Position numbers and translations under genes: made by a program | In this document: positions 60,732-64,000 of the stretch, piece after piece | How positions within the stretch are numbered: the first letter of the stretch is position 1 | Layout of the letters: each line of letters starts with the position of its first letter | The notes under the pieces: generated by a model | Told to the model about the DNA's origin: nothing | The model's input: only the letters and a program-made list of their open reading frames with translations | Database searches by the model: none | From: Bdellovibrionota bacterium | GTDB taxonomy: Bacteria; Bdellovibrionota_C; UBA2361; JBGSMV01 | Direction of reading: 5' to 3' | Assembly (NCBI GenBank): GCA_041739995.1 | Contig: JBGSMV010000080.1 | Span: 1 to 64,000, forward strand | DNA length: 64,000 nt

Positions 60732-61728
60732 CCGCCCCCCTGAGTGAAGACAGAATAACTTTTTCTCCGCTCTCACTTGCTTGCCTGCACGCAGCGATAA
60801 GGCGCAGTGTTTGAACTCCTTCGGCAAACGTGACCAGCGGATTCTCAGCGCCCTGAGCGCATTGAAGAAAGTGTCTCATTTCTTCTAGATACATCTGATT
60901 TTTATCAAGTAACGCGGGCGAATAGACTTGTTTTGTTGCTCCGTTAGCGAGCACCGTTACTATGTGCGAGATCCCATCCCACACAAGCGTCCCTTCCGAC
61001 CCCACCACTCGACAGACTCGCGTTGGGTGACGCTGAATCATATCAAGGTGGACTTGCACTCGCAGGCCACTTCCAAACTCGGCAATCAAGTTGACACAGT
61101 CCTCTACATCAATATCGAAGGTGCCTGATTTCCACGCGATCCCTTGAACCGCATGGACGTCTCCGAATAACCATTGAATATAGTCAAGCTCGTGACTGAG
61201 CTCCAGTAGTGCCCCTCCCCCAAGCTTGGCTATGGCACTTGCTGATTTTGTATAGTCCTTACCGGGCCTCCAATCGGGAAGATATTGGCCAACTTCGGCC
61301 GAAGCGCAGACAAGCTTTCCAACAATGCCCTGCTCAAGAGATCGCTTGAATGCTCGCAATGAACTTGAGAATCGAAGGTGATACCCAACTAAGCAGATAG
61401 CCTCGCAACGCTCCAGGATTTTCGAAACTTCTGATATCCCTTCATCGGAATGCGAAAGCGGTTTCTCCACTAAGGTGTGAATGCCGGCAGACAGTAATTC
61501 CTTTAAATAGGCAAGATGGGTACTGGAAGGCGAAGCGATGATTGCGCCATGCAAGGGGGCGGTCAGCGCTTCAGCGATTGAGCTAACTGACTGGTCAGCA
61601 AACTCGATACTACCAACACTTCGCACCGAGGGCAGTACAAGTATATGAGCCGCTGGAACCAAGGCCCTAAGATTATTCGCGTGACGTCGCGCGATGTTTC
61701 CGGCGCCCACTATCAGAAACCGAGACAA
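60721..61728 (-). CDS. Gfo/Idh/MocA oxidoreductase (PtmF-like)
   Basis: VGAGNIA.RH, VEKPL, GQYLPDWRP..DY, GGG.LLELSHELDY. Confidence 0.9.
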   Translation of the reverse strand: MSRFLIVGAGNIARRHANNLRALVPAAHILVLPSVRSVGSIEFADQSVSSIAEALTAPLHGAIIASPSSTHLAYLKELLSAGIHTLVEKPLSHSDEGISEVSKILERCEAICLVGYHLRFSSSLRAFKRSLEQGIVGKLVCASAEVGQYLPDWRPGKDYTKSASAIAKLGGGALLELSHELDYIQWLFGDVHAVQGIAWKSGTFDIDVEDCVNLIAEFGSGLRVQVHLDMIQRHPTRVCRVVGSEGTLVWDGISHIVTVLANGATKQVYSPALLDKNQMYLEEMRHFLQCAQGAENPLVTFAEGVQTLRLIAACRQASESGEKVILSSLRGADGR

Positions 61729-61746
61729 ACGAACCTCTCTGTAACT

Positions 61747-62658
61747 TCATGAGTTAAACGACATCGCACAGTGCATCTGCGGCTCTTGGGCTGTGACCAC
61801 AGCCCCGCGAGCGAGCATTGAGTAGAACTCCCTTATGGTTTCCTCGATCGAACAAAAGAAGTGGTTCTTCTTTGGTGAACGAACTGCCGTGACACAAAGC
61901 TCCCAGTCCCCGCCACGACCATAATGTTGATACAGGTAAGATGTCATGAACAACCCGTACTTGTTTAGCCAGGAAGCCATTGCGATATGGTCCCACACCG
62001 ACATGTCATCGGCTCCAAATGCGCCTAGCGAATGCGGTCGACTGCCGTAGCGCCATGCGGGGACAGCCACTATCAGCGAGCCAGAGCTCTTTAATGATCG
62101 ACCTGCGAACGAGAAGAAATCATTTGGGTCATAAATATGCTCAATCGCGTGGTTGGCGAAAATGAGATCATACTGAACATCTCGCGGCAAATCTTCAACC
62201 GTCGGCACAATGCGCGTATGAAAATGTTCGTTTCCAAACGCAGCTCGACTTCGATCGATTTCGACGCCCCAGAGCGAGTTATGCTGGTTGGCAAGAAATT
62301 CAAATGAGCCTCCGATTCCGCATCCGAAATCCAGACAAGTTCCATTCGTGATGAGACGCGGATCATGCGCATTCATGACCAACCAGGGGAGGAATCGAAT
62401 AAGTTGATGCGGCGCAAAGTCGATGTAGCCCGGTGAAATCGAAGCACCCGAGTTCGCTGCAGAATCTGCGTATGCGCTCTCGAGCTCCGCTCTAGTTGGT
62501 CGAGGGCTTTGAAATACATATCCGCAAGATCCGCATAGCTTCCATGAAGGGCTATTAGAAATGGCCTTTCCCGCTTCTGAATGAGACCCCGAGGGAAGTT
62601 GAAGTCCTATGAGAGAAGCTGAGGCACAGCACGGGCACTCTTGCAGAGTCAGCGTCAT
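61747..62658 (-). CDS. class I SAM methyltransferase with N-terminal Zn-ribbon
   Basis: CPCC...CGSCG..FQSPRP; LDFGCGIG; H.IEH..DP. Confidence 0.85.
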   Translation of the reverse strand: MTLTLQECPCCASASLIGLQLPSGSHSEAGKAISNSPSWKLCGSCGYVFQSPRPTRAELESAYADSAANSGASISPGYIDFAPHQLIRFLPWLVMNAHDPRLITNGTCLDFGCGIGGSFEFLANQHNSLWGVEIDRSRAAFGNEHFHTRIVPTVEDLPRDVQYDLIFANHAIEHIYDPNDFFSFAGRSLKSSGSLIVAVPAWRYGSRPHSLGAFGADDMSVWDHIAMASWLNKYGLFMTSYLYQHYGRGGDWELCVTAVRSPKKNHFFCSIEETIREFYSMLARGAVVTAQEPQMHCAMSFNS

Positions 62659-63108
62659 AAAGTCCCTAGAAAATGTTCCGTTCAGAATAAGGCTAAGCTA
62701 CTAAGATGAGGAAAAACGAGCAACAGATTCAACCGGTTGAGAGTACATGCGCGGCCTAGAGGAACCTCACGACGCACCCTAGAGCCACCTGCCCACTCAA
62801 AGCTATCCTGGCAATCGACGGCGCGCTTAAAGGTTCTGAGTGGAACTACAGTTTTTACCCTTCCTATTCACTAGACGAACGCTCAGGTCCCGACGGCGCA
62901 ATACGCAAAGCGCACTCGATGAGCCTGAGAAGTGTGGAGCGCATCGAAAGGCACTTTGGTCAGCAGTAGCATTCCCGTAGGATTGCCCTCTCCAATAGCA
63001 TCGAGGCCCTACACCCGGAGAACTCTATGTTACAAGGTGAGTAAGGCGACTACCCCCTATGAAGTTGACCCCTCAAATGAACTTCGTTTTTTGGGACAAG
63101 CGAGAGTT

Positions 63109-64000
63109 ATGAATATTCCTACTGGCCTTACCGCGATTCCTTTCGGTTCGAAGCTCATTTCTGAAGCAACCCCAACCTTCATTATTGCCGAGATAGGCGT
63201 AAACCATAACGGAGATGTTGATCTTGCCCATAGGATGATCGACGAAGCGGCGGCTACTGGAGTTGATGCCGTCAAGTTTCAAACTTTCCGTGCTGAGACA
63301 CTAGTGTCTCGTGATGCCGCAATGGCTGAGTATCAGAAGAAGAATCTAGGGCACACGGGTACCCAGTTCGAGATGTTGAAAGGACTTGAGCTGCCGCTTG
63401 AATCGTATAGCGCGCTCAAGGAGCACGCTGAACGACTAGGGGTAGTCTTTCTTTCAACTCCATTCGACAAGGGCACTGCTGATTTTTTGAATACACTGGG
63501 TGTAGTTGCATTTAAAATCGGCTCCTCGGATACGGACAACATCCCTCTACTTAGGCACATTGCTCGGTTCCATAAGCCCATGATTTTATCATCTGGCATG
63601 TCCGACATCGAGGAGCTTAGCGCAGCAGTTTCGGAGGTTTTAGCGTTGAATCAAGCTGTCGTCACACTTCAATGCACCACTGATTATCCTTGCGCTGCTA
63701 AGTATGCGCATCTCTCAGCACTTTCAACGATTCGAGATCGCTGCAGAACTTTGGTTGGATTTTCCGACCATACTGAGGGCCTCTCTGCTGGGATTGCCGC
63801 GGTGGCTCTCGGAGCGGTGGTGATCGAGAAACATTTCACCACCGATCGTTCATTGCCTGGGCCAGATCAAGTCGCCTCAAGCGAACCAGCAGAGTTCTCA
63901 GCGCTCGTTCAGGGCATCCGCAAGCTAGAAATCGAGGCTCCTAAGAGACGCCTCGCGCGAGTGAAGGCCTTTCCCGAGTTCGCCGAGTTGCTCGGAGATT
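63109..64000 (+). CDS. neuB: nonulosonic acid synthase NeuB/LegI (runs off the window end; absent from the ORF track)
   Basis: My translation: MNIPTG...FIIAEIGVNHNGD...DAVKFQTF...FLSTPFD...FKIGS...LSSGM...QCTTDYP...GFSDHT...IEKHFT. Confidence 0.93.
   Translation, partial: MNIPTGLTAIPFGSKLISEATPTFIIAEIGVNHNGDVDLAHRMIDEAAATGVDAVKFQTFRAETLVSRDAAMAEYQKKNLGHTGTQFEMLKGLELPLESYSALKEHAERLGVVFLSTPFDKGTADFLNTLGVVAFKIGSSDTDNIPLLRHIARFHKPMILSSGMSDIEELSAAVSEVLALNQAVVTLQCTTDYPCAAKYAHLSALSTIRDRCRTLVGFSDHTEGLSAGIAAVALGAVVIEKHFTTDRSLPGPDQVASSEPAEFSALVQGIRKLEIEAPKRRLARVKAFPEFAELLGD

Noticed and set aside
62659..63108. Possible structured RNA (CTCAGG...CCTGAG stem) in the divergent gap before neuB
   Set aside because: Only a 6-bp stem and no recognisable riboswitch or ncRNA consensus

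Overview
Bacterial chromosomal window. The gene style suggests a flagellated, delta-proteobacteria/Bdellovibrionota-like organism, but that is inference only. I recognised no rRNA, tRNA, CRISPR array or mobile element. Layout: (i) 2-8.7 kb, a flagellar operon motA - motB-like - motB - fliLMNOPQR with an atypical stator pair; (ii) lgt, then an SH3 / M48 protease / CHASE2 adenylate cyclase / HD hydrolase module; (iii) an ABC exporter, a REC-HisKA protein with no ATPase domain, and an RRM domain fused to ribosomal protein bS18; (iv) a GH63-like glucosidase, an HDAC-family protein and a 22-Cys secreted protein; (v) from 26.6 kb to the window end, a >37 kb glycan biosynthesis island. The island has a Campylobacter-type O-methyl phosphoramidate (MeOPN) donor pathway (Cj1415-Cj1419/20 homologs) and a GDP-type legionaminic acid pathway (LegB, LegC, LegG, LegI, LegF, PtmE, PtmA, PtmF-like). 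It also carries amidino (WbuXYZ-like) and formyl tailoring genes, five methyltransferase domains, two sulfotransferase-fold proteins, a pyruvate kinase-ATP sulfurylase fusion, an unexplained [2Fe-2S]/beta-sandwich gene trio, and an antiporter broken by an in-frame amber codon. Top leads: the RRM-bS18 fusion, the PK-Sat fusion, and the MeOPN pathway with a sulfotransferase-fold protein as candidate phosphoramidate transferase. All calls come from reading motifs by eye; no database search was run.
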